50,202 nt of DNA from a virus (Duplodnaviria; Caudoviricetes). Below the pieces are notes generated by a model that saw only the letters and a list, made by a program, of their open reading frames with translations, was not told the DNA's origin and did no database searches. Positions 9,319 through 17,914 of the stretch are shown here, piece after piece (position 1 is the stretch's first letter; each line of letters begins with the position of its first letter). Position numbers and translations under genes: made by a program. The stretch covers positions 1 through 50,202 of IMG/VR virus record IMGVR_UViG_3300031519_008035. One strand, given 5' to 3'.

Positions 9319-10947
9319 CTATTTAACTCCTATAACACACTCTGTTAATTGTGTGTCTTCATTATATTTATCCTGGATTAGTCTGCCCAGGGTGTTGAAA
9401 GTGGTTGCTTCTCCCGATCTGGCCGTACGTGCTTCTCCGTATCCTGCCGATACCACACGATCGCCTGCTAGGCCCTGCCCTGTAATCTTAACCGGAACAC
9501 GTCCTTTCAGTGCTATTGCCGGATGTGTGTCGTTGTTGCCTGCTGTTGAATTCATCAAATATGCCGGAGCATTAGATACAACGCCAAATACTGCATCAGA
9601 CTTGTCTTCCATGCATTTCGTTATCTCTTCGTTTCCTCCCAGGATCACCACTTCTCCAGTTTCCAAAGGAGTGTCCGTGGCATATCTTTCCGCCAAGTCA
9701 GCGTACTGTGCCGATGTTGATGTTGCATGTACTATGTTGGCCCTGACGTCCACTAGTGTAGCGGCTGACAGTTCGTCATCTCCACCACCTGACTTGAATG
9801 CTGTCCAGGCACCACCTGCGTTTCCATGGGTGGTCGTGCCATCGTCTGCGAAGGTCTCGTCCCACACCCAGTATAAATTCTGCTCAGTAGCCGCGGATGT
9901 CTCACCCCTGTTTACTTTTAATCCTGTGAAGCTGGGCATACCTGCGTTGTTGGATATGTTCCTGTTCAGTTCTATGATATTGTCCTCTACTGAAAGTGTT
10001 GTTGTGTTTAAAACTATGTTTGATCCATCAACTGTGATATCTCCCACCCTTAGGTGTTCAATTCTTCCCGTAGATCCTTTTATCCTCAATGCCTCTTTTG
10101 TGGCTCCGCCATCGTTCACTGTGAATATTATGTCCTTGTCCTGTGTAGTTTGGGCTATGGTCAAATCATCGCTCGATAATGAGAACGTAACGTCCGAACC
10201 TCCACCTAATGTCAGTCCTCCATCATTGAGAATTCCAAACGTTCCTGAGGTTGTGTCATTGATATTTGATCTCAAGTAACTGGCCGCCGCCACTCCGTTC
10301 AGTGCATCCGAGTCTGTTGCTGTTCCCCTGAATTTAGCATTCGATACCGATGACGATAACTGTATACCCTGTGCCACTGACGAAAAGCCAGCCGCTATCA
10401 GAGCCGCCGCATTTGTTTCAGTGGAGCTCGGAGTGAATGCTATGTTTGATACAACTCCTATAACAGTATCGTTGGCTACCATTTTCAATATCGACTTGTT
10501 TACACCTGTGTTGTCTTCTACTATTTCACTAGTAAACTGTGTCACCCCTGATCCAGCAACTGTTGTTGGACCTATCAAAGTCCATACCGTGCCCGTGTAC
10601 ACATAAAGTTGTGTGTTTGTTGTGTCGAACCATGTATCTCCAAGCACTGCATTTGTCGGTTGTGTCGCTGAATTTGTCGACCCGCCAGCTGGCTTGAATT
10701 TTGTTCCGTCGTATACGTTCAGTATTTTGTTTGTTTTATCAAACCAAAGCTGACCTTGTATTTTGTTGTTCGGTGCTGATGTGTTGTTGAAATTCTCCAA
10801 CATTTTGACAAGATTTTCATTCAGCTTCTCACCGAAACCTGCATAACCTTTTCCGATCAGTGTAAGATCGGTTGCGGCAACGTCAATGGTTCCGTCCGCT
10901 AACGTGACCAATAAGGTCCCAAATGTGTTGTTAATCTTGTATGTCAT
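9319..10947 (-). CDS. Tail fibre/baseplate-associated protein with C-terminal intramolecular chaperone (peptidase G2-like) domain
   Basis: N-terminus shared with 14274 and 15684 (GKGYAGFGE.LNEN...GQLWFD). C-terminus AQYADLAERY...GVVS..PAYLMN...ALKGRVPVK. Confidence 0.75.
   Translation of the reverse strand: MTYKINNTFGTLLVTLADGTIDVAATDLTLIGKGYAGFGEKLNENLVKMLENFNNTSAPNNKIQGQLWFDKTNKILNVYDGTKFKPAGGSTNSATQPTNAVLGDTWFDTTNTQLYVYTGTVWTLIGPTTVAGSGVTQFTSEIVEDNTGVNKSILKMVANDTVIGVVSNIAFTPSSTETNAAALIAAGFSSVAQGIQLSSSVSNAKFRGTATDSDALNGVAAASYLRSNINDTTSGTFGILNDGGLTLGGGSDVTFSLSSDDLTIAQTTQDKDIIFTVNDGGATKEALRIKGSTGRIEHLRVGDITVDGSNIVLNTTTLSVEDNIIELNRNISNNAGMPSFTGLKVNRGETSAATEQNLYWVWDETFADDGTTTHGNAGGAWTAFKSGGGDDELSAATLVDVRANIVHATSTSAQYADLAERYATDTPLETGEVVILGGNEEITKCMEDKSDAVFGVVSNAPAYLMNSTAGNNDTHPAIALKGRVPVKITGQGLAGDRVVSAGYGEARTARSGEATTFNTLGRLIQDKYNEDTQLTECVIGVK
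9320..9325 (-). promoter_or_regulatory. T4-like late promoter core TAAATA
   Basis: Overlaps the last codons of the upstream gene (GTT AAA TAG), 5 nt before ATG 9314. Confidence 0.6.
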
Positions 10948-10953
10948 AGCTTA

Positions 10954-11130
10954 CTAGTTTGATGTGTTGTCTCTGACTTCTGTCAAGAAACTGACATCTC
11001 CAACTAACTTGATTAATATAGTCGCAAGTTCCGGGTTCAGCATAGCATCTATTTTTGCTTCTTCTTCTGCTGTCCAGGCCGCTTCGTAGTTGTCGTTAAT
11101 GTAATCTGCTACTTCTTGTTTTGTTGCCAT
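10954..11130 (-). CDS. Small acidic hypothetical protein (58 aa)
   Basis: Below ORF-track cutoff: MATKQEVADYINDNYEAAWTAEEEAKIDAMLNPELATILIKLVGDVSFLTEVRDNTSN*. Strong AAGGAG RBS and upstream TAAATA. Confidence 0.8.
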   Translation of the reverse strand: MATKQEVADYINDNYEAAWTAEEEAKIDAMLNPELATILIKLVGDVSFLTEVRDNTSN

Positions 11131-11148
11131 TTAAATGTCTCCTTATGC

Positions 11149-11613
11149 TTATTTATTATGCTTTTCAATCTGCTCATCGTCTGATATCCAAGTTAAATCC
11201 TCAGAATAAGAGCCATCTAGGTCACGTAGGAAAGTTTTCACGTTGCTCTCCGTAAGCACCATATTGTGGTATTTTGTGTATCTTTTATGTAGTGCCTGTT
11301 CTTTTGTTGCTGTATATACTAATTTCATACCCTTTTGCTTGGCCAGTTCCATTATACGATCAATACATAATTTTAAACATTTATGTACTAGTCGTTGTTC
11401 TGCATTCTTATCCCTCACTACCCATTCCATAAATGCAAACTGTGTCCCTGTACCTATGTACAGTCCTGTGGCGCAAATAGGTTTTCCTTCGTGTTCAACA
11501 ATGATACCGTCTGGTGGCAAGCATTCTTTTGGTACTGTTCCGAACTGCCAGTCAGTCCACCACTTCACTAGTGTGTCGTAGTCCTTGTCTCTGTCCCATA
11601 ATCTATCTTGCAT
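11149..11613 (-). CDS. GNAT-fold acyltransferase-like protein
   Basis: GIIVEHEGKPICATGLY...FAFMEWVVRD...LKLCIDRIMELAKQKGMKLVYT, which follows GNAT motif A/B topology. Confidence 0.6.
   Translation of the reverse strand: MQDRLWDRDKDYDTLVKWWTDWQFGTVPKECLPPDGIIVEHEGKPICATGLYIGTGTQFAFMEWVVRDKNAEQRLVHKCLKLCIDRIMELAKQKGMKLVYTATKEQALHKRYTKYHNMVLTESNVKTFLRDLDGSYSEDLTWISDDEQIEKHNK
11150..11155 (-). promoter_or_regulatory. T4-like late promoter core TAAATA
   Basis: Within AAT AAA TAA at the end of the GNAT gene, upstream of the RBS of the 58-aa ORF. Confidence 0.55.
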
Positions 11614-12190
11614 TTTTTTGTATCACTATCTTATTGACATTGAATGTTGATTCAAAACAGTAACGCACTGCTTCAGCCACTTCTTGTGCTTTTAATTTTG
11701 GTAGATGTTCCCACAACCCTTTGGTCATGTCTGTGTCCACTACATCCGGACAAATATCGTAGACAGACAAGGGTTTTGATACTAATTCCTCTTGTAACTC
11801 CTTAATGTATTCTATTAATTCTTTCTTTATTTCGCAGTACTGCACATATTCAAATTTGTTCCACACTTTGAATTCGTTGTAATCTGCCCCTTCGTCGGTC
11901 CCGGACGTGCTTGTGATTACTGCAACTTTCATATCGTCGAATGTGTGCATGCCGTATATCCTTTTGAGTAATGACAACTGTCCCCTGCCGTCATGAGCAT
12001 TAATGACAACGAGATTACAACCTTCCAGTTGTTGCATTATTTTTTCTTGTTCTGATACAATATCGTAGCCGTTGCTTTTGCTTAATCCCACAACTTTATA
12101 TTTTTTTATTTTGTATAGATCAGATATGGCTTTGCCTATACCTCTTGTGTGGCCTATTACTGCTATCTTATTTTTGTTTTCTTGTTTCAT
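11603..12190 (-). CDS. Short-chain dehydrogenase/reductase (SDR)
   Basis: IAVIGHTRGIGKAI (GxxxGxG), VINAH, ITSTS, YCEIK (YxxxK), PDVVDTDM. Confidence 0.85.
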   Translation of the reverse strand: MKQENKNKIAVIGHTRGIGKAISDLYKIKKYKVVGLSKSNGYDIVSEQEKIMQQLEGCNLVVINAHDGRGQLSLLKRIYGMHTFDDMKVAVITSTSGTDEGADYNEFKVWNKFEYVQYCEIKKELIEYIKELQEELVSKPLSVYDICPDVVDTDMTKGLWEHLPKLKAQEVAEAVRYCFESTFNVNKIVIQKNAR

Positions 12191-12836
12191 ACACATCCAC
12201 TAAATTTTCCAACCCTTCAAAACATTCCGAATAGTGTTGGTAATATTCTTCAAACTTCTCTTTAGTGTATAGTGATTCTTTGAAAAAGTCAATTAATAAC
12301 GTAGTTCTCTCGCCTGGATTGTTGTTGAAACCATTATGTACTTGTATGTCTGGTTGAAAAATAAAAGCTTCTCCTGTTTTCCATGTGTATAAATCTTGTT
12401 TTCTAGTTTCCAAATTCATTACATACATACCACTTTTGTCTCCACCCCCATCATCAAGACACATCTGATATCTCCACCCGCCTTCATTGTCTGTGTGGTT
12501 ACCAATCTTTGTGTCAGGTCCCACAGTCATAATCGCTACATTGGTCTTGTGTGGAAATTTCCTCAGTATAGAATACAACATGGGATAGTCATTAAATGAC
12601 TGTCCTTCGTGTTTTCCCGACTGTACTCCTAATGCTTTCCACTGTCCATGAACATAGTCTCCTGACTTGTCATCAAAATCATCTGGAAGTCCCCTAACAC
12701 TATCTGAGAAGTCTTCTGGATCTAAAAATACTTTGTTAGGTTGCGAATCAAACTCGTGTTTGATTTCTTGGAAATATTTTTCTAACTGTTTAAAACACTC
12801 GCCTTGCTGTCCGTGGTAATATGATTTATCAAGCAT
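12168..12836 (-). CDS. Aspartyl/asparaginyl beta-hydroxylase family 2OG-Fe(II) oxygenase (LpxO/AspH-like)
   Basis: GQWKAL, VGPDTKIGNHTD (HxD), WKTGEAFIF...HNGFN...RTTLLIDF. Confidence 0.85.
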   Translation of the reverse strand: MLDKSYYHGQQGECFKQLEKYFQEIKHEFDSQPNKVFLDPEDFSDSVRGLPDDFDDKSGDYVHGQWKALGVQSGKHEGQSFNDYPMLYSILRKFPHKTNVAIMTVGPDTKIGNHTDNEGGWRYQMCLDDGGGDKSGMYVMNLETRKQDLYTWKTGEAFIFQPDIQVHNGFNNNPGERTTLLIDFFKESLYTKEKFEEYYQHYSECFEGLENLVDVYETRKQK

Positions 12837-14271
12837 TCAGTATATTAACATTTTTATCATGTATCTGTCTATCATGATCCTGCCAATTACTAAAAAATTC
12901 TTCACCGTGATTTACTAGTTCTTGTTGTTCACTTAATTCGAAGTAGTCTGTAAATTCTGTGTTGTTAATGATGATTCTTCTGTGTTGTGATCCAAACACG
13001 TACACTATCACTTCGTCATCTCCCAAAGAAACACCTAGTCTACTGTCCTCAACCCTGGTCCATGCACCGTCTTCTTTGACCATGTGCGTTCCTGACACCT
13101 GGATGCCATTGTAGTCATACAAGTTGTCTATCAAGAACTTACCTGTTGCAAAAACTTTTCCACCAACAGAAACCTCATCGCCAATATCCACTTGTTCAAC
13201 TGCTTTTAACTTGCCATCCTGCATTGAGATCATTGTTCCTGCTATGAAACAACCACCGCCGCTACCTGAACTGCCTGAACTAGTGTTACCGTTTGAATTT
13301 CCAAATCCAGCCGCTGTCTGTGTGAAATTAAGTCCTGAGTTAAACAGTGCCTTCCAGGCTCCTGAAACCTTCACGTAACCTGCCGTGACTGTCTTCCATG
13401 CACCTGAAACTTTTGTTTGTATGCTTGTTATATCTTTCCATACACCACCAACTTTTGTGCTGGCCTGTACACCCACGTTGAAAACAAGAACTGCCAATCC
13501 ATTCCCTGCCGATCCTGAACTGCCTGCAGTTCCTACTGCCGCACCTGAATCATAATACTGAATACTGTCTATAACTAGTGATGTTACTCCCGGTACTGTT
13601 CCCGATCCGTTGTCTTCTGATCCACTCGATGGAACTAGGTTCGAACCTGAGTAGCCACCGCCGCCACCGTTGTCTCCTGAACCACCCGATCCACCTTTGC
13701 CTCCATCGGCTCCACCGCCTCCGGCACCTCCACCACCACCGTCTCCGGAGTGATCTGCACCGTCCTCCCCTAGTGTTCCTGGGCTTTCTGATGTTGCTGA
13801 ATTCGTGTTTATACCTGATCCACCGTTGGAACTTTTACCCGCTCCACCACCTGCTCCACCACCACCTGCTGTTGCAACTGCTGATCCGTTTACGAACAGT
13901 GTCGTGGCACCGCCTGCTCCGCCACCTGATCCTGAATATGGTTGTGGTCCGGCATTACCGCCTTCACCACCTGAAAAATCTGTCTTTCCTTTACCGTTGG
14001 TTCCGCCCGGTGCTCCGCCACCTGACCCACCTCCTTGACCGCCGCCGCCTACTGCCACTTCTAGTACATGGCCAACATTTGATGATAATGAATAACTTGT
14101 TTTTGCAACATAATGTCCTGCCGCACCCGAACCTCCCGGTCCTCCTGCATCAGATCCACCACCTGCACCTGCTCCACCCCATAGGTACATGTCTACAGAC
14201 GTTGCACCTGCTGGTAACGTTACCTGGTTAAGTGTTCCTGAGTATTGGAATTTTTTAATTATTGTAGGCAT
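12829..14271 (-). CDS. Glycine-rich (polyglycine-II) adhesin-like tail protein with C-terminal Hint domain
   Basis: Long GGxGG repeats, three KVxGxWK repeats, then GGG|CFIAGTMI...VEQVDIGDEV (Hint block A), VSGTH (block B), VYVFGS...FTDY. Confidence 0.8.
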   Translation of the reverse strand: MPTIIKKFQYSGTLNQVTLPAGATSVDMYLWGGAGAGGGSDAGGPGGSGAAGHYVAKTSYSLSSNVGHVLEVAVGGGGQGGGSGGGAPGGTNGKGKTDFSGGEGGNAGPQPYSGSGGGAGGATTLFVNGSAVATAGGGGAGGGAGKSSNGGSGINTNSATSESPGTLGEDGADHSGDGGGGGAGGGGADGGKGGSGGSGDNGGGGGYSGSNLVPSSGSEDNGSGTVPGVTSLVIDSIQYYDSGAAVGTAGSSGSAGNGLAVLVFNVGVQASTKVGGVWKDITSIQTKVSGAWKTVTAGYVKVSGAWKALFNSGLNFTQTAAGFGNSNGNTSSGSSGSGGGCFIAGTMISMQDGKLKAVEQVDIGDEVSVGGKVFATGKFLIDNLYDYNGIQVSGTHMVKEDGAWTRVEDSRLGVSLGDDEVIVYVFGSQHRRIIINNTEFTDYFELSEQQELVNHGEEFFSNWQDHDRQIHDKNVNILNA

Positions 14272-14273
14272 GG

Positions 14274-15674
14274 TTATGCCTCATACTTGAACCAGAGATC
14301 ACCATTGGCTCCGTCACTTCCAGTTGGGTCACCTGTTTGAACAAATTTTGCAGAGCCGCCCCATAGGTTTCCGAATGTTGCTACCTGTCCAATAGTCGGT
14401 ACAGTAGTTAAACTAGTGTTCGAAGTTGTTATCGCCGTGCCTACTGCCGCCAATGTTAGTGTAGTGACTTTCAAGTCACCTGTTGATGAATCTGTAGTTA
14501 ACGGTTTAGTGCCTTTGTTAGCATCACCGTCATCAGTTAGATCTGATAATTTCAGTAGTGCTGAATATGTTTGTGCTTCACCTGCCACCCATTGGTTTTC
14601 AGATACATCATAGAACAGTCTAGCATCGTCAGTATCACCAGTTTCAACTATAAGTCCTGCGTCTGCTTCTGAACCACCTGCGTTCACTTTCAAGAAAGTG
14701 TCTGAGTGTTCTACTATGTTTGATGATGTGTAGTTGTATGCACCACTTACATTCAGGTTACCTACTATTGTAAGGTCACCAGTGATGTCTACTCCACCGT
14801 CTGCACCTGTCAATTGTAAGGGTGTTTTAGTCGTTCCGCCATCGTTCACTGTGAATTTTAAATCTTTGTCCTGCGATGTTTGTGCAACTGTTACGTCATT
14901 ACTTGAAACTGTCACTGTCAGTTCCTGTGCGTCTCCAACTATGATACCCGAATCTGTGTCTACTGTCAGTGCGCCTGTCGTTGTGTCTGCCGCATCTGCT
15001 CTCAGGAAGTTACCACCTGCGATTACTGTGCTTGATGTATTAGATGTAGATGATACATCTATTTGTGAGGCCTGCGTGTTTGTGCCATCAAACACAGCAC
15101 CAAGTGTTGAGTTCAATGTGATTCCTGCCTTGATTGATGCAAAGCCTGACTGTGTCACGCTTGGTGTAAATGTTTCTTTTGAAAGTATTGCAACTCTTGT
15201 GTTGCCTGCGTACATCGAAGAAACAACCTTGTTTCCTGCTGAGCTGGCAAGTGTCTCGATTAACCAACCTGACAGTGTCTGTCCTGCTGTGTAAACTGGT
15301 CCAACCAATTGGAACGCTGATCCTGTGTAGATGTAAAGCTGATCATCGTCTGAATCGTGCCAAAGGTCTCCAGCTGAGGGAGAAGTTGGTGCCGATGCTT
15401 GTGATTTCGCGGCGCCTGTTGGTTTGAACGCTGATCCGTCGTAAACTTTTAATTGTCCTGTGTTTGTGTCAAACCATAACTCACCTTTTAGAGGTGCTGT
15501 TGGTGCCGATGTTGAAGCGGCGTTCTCTAGTAGTTTAACAAGATTCTCATTCAAACCCTCACCAAACCCTGAAAAGCTCTTTCCAAAAAGCTGTACGGAA
15601 GTGGTATTATCTACTGTACCATCTGTTATGGTAGTTACTACTGATCCATCTGTTTTGTTTATTGTGTACGCCAT
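14274..15674 (-). CDS. Tail fibre/baseplate-associated protein (paralog family)
   Basis: MAYTINKTDG...GKSFSGFGEGLNEN...GELWFD. Ends PTGSDGANGDLWFKY. Confidence 0.75.
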   Translation of the reverse strand: MAYTINKTDGSVVTTITDGTVDNTTSVQLFGKSFSGFGEGLNENLVKLLENAASTSAPTAPLKGELWFDTNTGQLKVYDGSAFKPTGAAKSQASAPTSPSAGDLWHDSDDDQLYIYTGSAFQLVGPVYTAGQTLSGWLIETLASSAGNKVVSSMYAGNTRVAILSKETFTPSVTQSGFASIKAGITLNSTLGAVFDGTNTQASQIDVSSTSNTSSTVIAGGNFLRADAADTTTGALTVDTDSGIIVGDAQELTVTVSSNDVTVAQTSQDKDLKFTVNDGGTTKTPLQLTGADGGVDITGDLTIVGNLNVSGAYNYTSSNIVEHSDTFLKVNAGGSEADAGLIVETGDTDDARLFYDVSENQWVAGEAQTYSALLKLSDLTDDGDANKGTKPLTTDSSTGDLKVTTLTLAAVGTAITTSNTSLTTVPTIGQVATFGNLWGGSAKFVQTGDPTGSDGANGDLWFKYEA

Positions 15675-15680
15675 TTTGTA

Positions 15681-15686
15681 TATTTA
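15681..15686 (-). promoter_or_regulatory. T4-like late promoter core TAAATA
   Basis: Uses the TAA stop of the upstream gene, 6 nt before ATG 15674. Confidence 0.6.
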
Positions 15687-17177
15687 GCACCTTCCCACTA
15701 CTATATTAATTGTGCCTGTTTCGTCTGAATCATAATCTTCCAGTGCTTTTCCGATCACACTTCCCACTATCGGGTTCTGTGATTTTGTTGCACATCCTGT
15801 TCTCTCTGATGCTACAAGCATTGTTCCTTTTTCAATGATACCATGCACTTTACATTTCACTTTGCCGGCTAATGCAACAGGTTGTCCTTCTGATTTATTG
15901 TTCATCAAGTATGCTGGATTTTCACTAATGACTCCTGCCACTCTTGTGTCGTATTTTTGTCCTGTTGTAGTAATTTCTTTAGTACCGCCAAACACAACAA
16001 CTGTGCCCACTTCATAATCGTCGTCAGTTTCGTAGATCTCAGCCAAATCAGCGTACTGTGCCGATGTTGCTTTGGCATGGACTGTGTTGTATCCTTTGCT
16101 TGATGTTCCTATATCATAAGAAGCATCTGTGTCTGGAATTATTGCTTTCGATGTTAATGTACCGCCCAGTACTAAAGTGTCCATTGTGTTGGCACCTGAA
16201 CTTGTTAAGTTTCCTGTTACGTTACCTGTCAGTGGACCTGCGAATGCTGTTGATGTTGTAGTTCCTGATATGTCTAATTTTGTTGATGGCGTAGTTGTGC
16301 CAATACCTATTCGGCTAGCCGACCCGTCTACTGTCATCACAGTGGTTGTAACACCACCATCGTTGACTTTGAATTTTATGTCTGTATCTGATATAATGTT
16401 TGAAATGTTGACCCCTAACGAATCTACTGTGATTGCTAGATCACCATCTGCACCAACAGTCATACCCGAGTCTGTTACGATGCCCAGTGTTCCTGATGTT
16501 GTGTCATTTTCATTAGATCTTAAAAAGTTCGCCGACGATACTCCACCTAGTGCATCTGCATCTGTGGCTGTGCCTTGGAATTTTACGTCTGATATTGCTG
16601 TTGTTAAAGTTATACCTTTCTTGATTGTTGTGAAACCTGATAAAGTAGTCTTTGGTGTGAATTCGTCCTCTGATATTATTGCAATAAGATTCCCGTCATT
16701 GAAAAGTTTTGTGATGTTCTGTGATGCGTCTGTAGAATCCGATATCGTGTCAAACGTGAAACCGCTTGTTGTTCCTGTGGCACTGGGAGGTCCAACCAAC
16801 ACTGATGCTGATCCGTTGTAGAAATACATCTGCCCTGTGTCGGAGTCTATCCAAAGATCTCCTGCGGCCAAATTGTTGGGTGCCGCAGATTGGTATGGTG
16901 CACTACTGCCTGCTGTTTGAAATGCTGATCCGTTGTATACTTGTAATTTATTGTTTGTGCTATCCCACCAAAGTTGACCTGTTATTGGTTTAGTTGGTGC
17001 TGTTGTATTTGCGAAGTTCTCCATCAACGCTAGGAAGTTTTCTGCTATCACTTCTCCATACCCTGCATAGCCTTTACCTACAAACGAAATGTCAGTCTGT
17101 GTGTTTACAACTCCATCCTGTACCGTGTACTGGTTAGGCGATGCCGCACTATTGGTTTTGTTTACAGTGTATGCCAT
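15684..17177 (-). CDS. Tail fibre protein with C-terminal intramolecular chaperone (peptidase G2-like) domain
   Basis: Paralog N-terminus, RIGIGTTTPSTKLDI fibre repeat, AQYADLAEIY...VAGVISENPAYLMN...ALAGKVKCKV...IGKALE. Confidence 0.75.
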   Translation of the reverse strand: MAYTVNKTNSAASPNQYTVQDGVVNTQTDISFVGKGYAGYGEVIAENFLALMENFANTTAPTKPITGQLWWDSTNNKLQVYNGSAFQTAGSSAPYQSAAPNNLAAGDLWIDSDTGQMYFYNGSASVLVGPPSATGTTSGFTFDTISDSTDASQNITKLFNDGNLIAIISEDEFTPKTTLSGFTTIKKGITLTTAISDVKFQGTATDADALGGVSSANFLRSNENDTTSGTLGIVTDSGMTVGADGDLAITVDSLGVNISNIISDTDIKFKVNDGGVTTTVMTVDGSASRIGIGTTTPSTKLDISGTTTSTAFAGPLTGNVTGNLTSSGANTMDTLVLGGTLTSKAIIPDTDASYDIGTSSKGYNTVHAKATSAQYADLAEIYETDDDYEVGTVVVFGGTKEITTTGQKYDTRVAGVISENPAYLMNNKSEGQPVALAGKVKCKVHGIIEKGTMLVASERTGCATKSQNPIVGSVIGKALEDYDSDETGTINIVVGRC

Positions 17178-17902
17178 TAGTATCCTGTGTTACTACCTGA
17201 TGTTGTTCCACTCACTGTGTTGGATGTTGACAATGCTGTCGAGCTTGTTTCAGTGAATGTTGTTAAACTCTGAATCCTTAAAGTGTAATCAATTTGTATC
17301 AGTCTGTTTAGAGATTTCTGAACCGGGTGGAATATAACGTGTGTCAACAATTTGTTAGTTGCGCCATTCTCTGTTCCTTCCCAGCTTTTTAATCCCAGTT
17401 CATCAAACACGTAATCACCATTGAAATCTGTTGTGTTATCAAACGCCGCTTGTCCTGTAGGCTCACCGTAATCTAGTGTGCAAGTCACAACAATGTCAGT
17501 GTACTTGTTACCTGCGGTGTGTCTAACTTCCATTTTGTTTCTTGTCGTGTCTTTGTTGGTGGCAGAGTTATCATCTACTACTTTGTAATATGTTTGATTG
17601 TATAAAGAAGCATTTGTACCTGTTGAGTTTGGTGTTAGATAAGTGATTATACCTGTTGGGTCAACACTCGTTCCGCCATTACCCAGTGCTATCTCGTGTA
17701 CAAACCCTGTTGTTTTGTTTGCTAACGAATTAGCTAATGCCTGAGACATGTTCTCATAGTGTATCGCATTTCTTTTGTCTACGATCACCTCACCAGTCTC
17801 TGGATCTGAAATCTTGATATGCCCCGTCATCATAACACCTGTGTTATCCTGAGGCTTTTTGTCTTCTTCTTTTGATTCTGTGGGTTTATTGTTCTGTGTC
17901 AT
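17177..17902 (-). CDS. Virion structural protein (baseplate/collar-like)
   Basis: GHIKISDPETGEVIVDKRNAIH...FDELGL...LLTHVIFHPVQKSLNRLIQIDYTLRI, in structural context. Confidence 0.7.
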   Translation of the reverse strand: MTQNNKPTESKEEDKKPQDNTGVMMTGHIKISDPETGEVIVDKRNAIHYENMSQALANSLANKTTGFVHEIALGNGGTSVDPTGIITYLTPNSTGTNASLYNQTYYKVVDDNSATNKDTTRNKMEVRHTAGNKYTDIVVTCTLDYGEPTGQAAFDNTTDFNGDYVFDELGLKSWEGTENGATNKLLTHVIFHPVQKSLNRLIQIDYTLRIQSLTTFTETSSTALSTSNTVSGTTSGSNTGY

Positions 17903-17908
17903 CTAGTG

Positions 17909-17914
17909 TATTTA
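17909..17914 (-). promoter_or_regulatory. T4-like late promoter core TAAATA
   Basis: Uses the TAA stop of the giant gene, 6 nt before ATG 17902. Confidence 0.6.

Noticed and set aside
12829-13255. Hint domain as a classical mobile intein
   Set aside because: No homing endonuclease, no terminal His-Asn followed by Cys/Ser/Thr, and no C-extein. Treated as a non-splicing Hint instead.
9692-16069. Repeated DNA patches in fibre genes as possible DGR template/variable repeats or invertible segments
   Set aside because: Patches are short, in direct orientation and show no adenine-specific mismatch pattern. No reverse transcriptase or invertase in the window.
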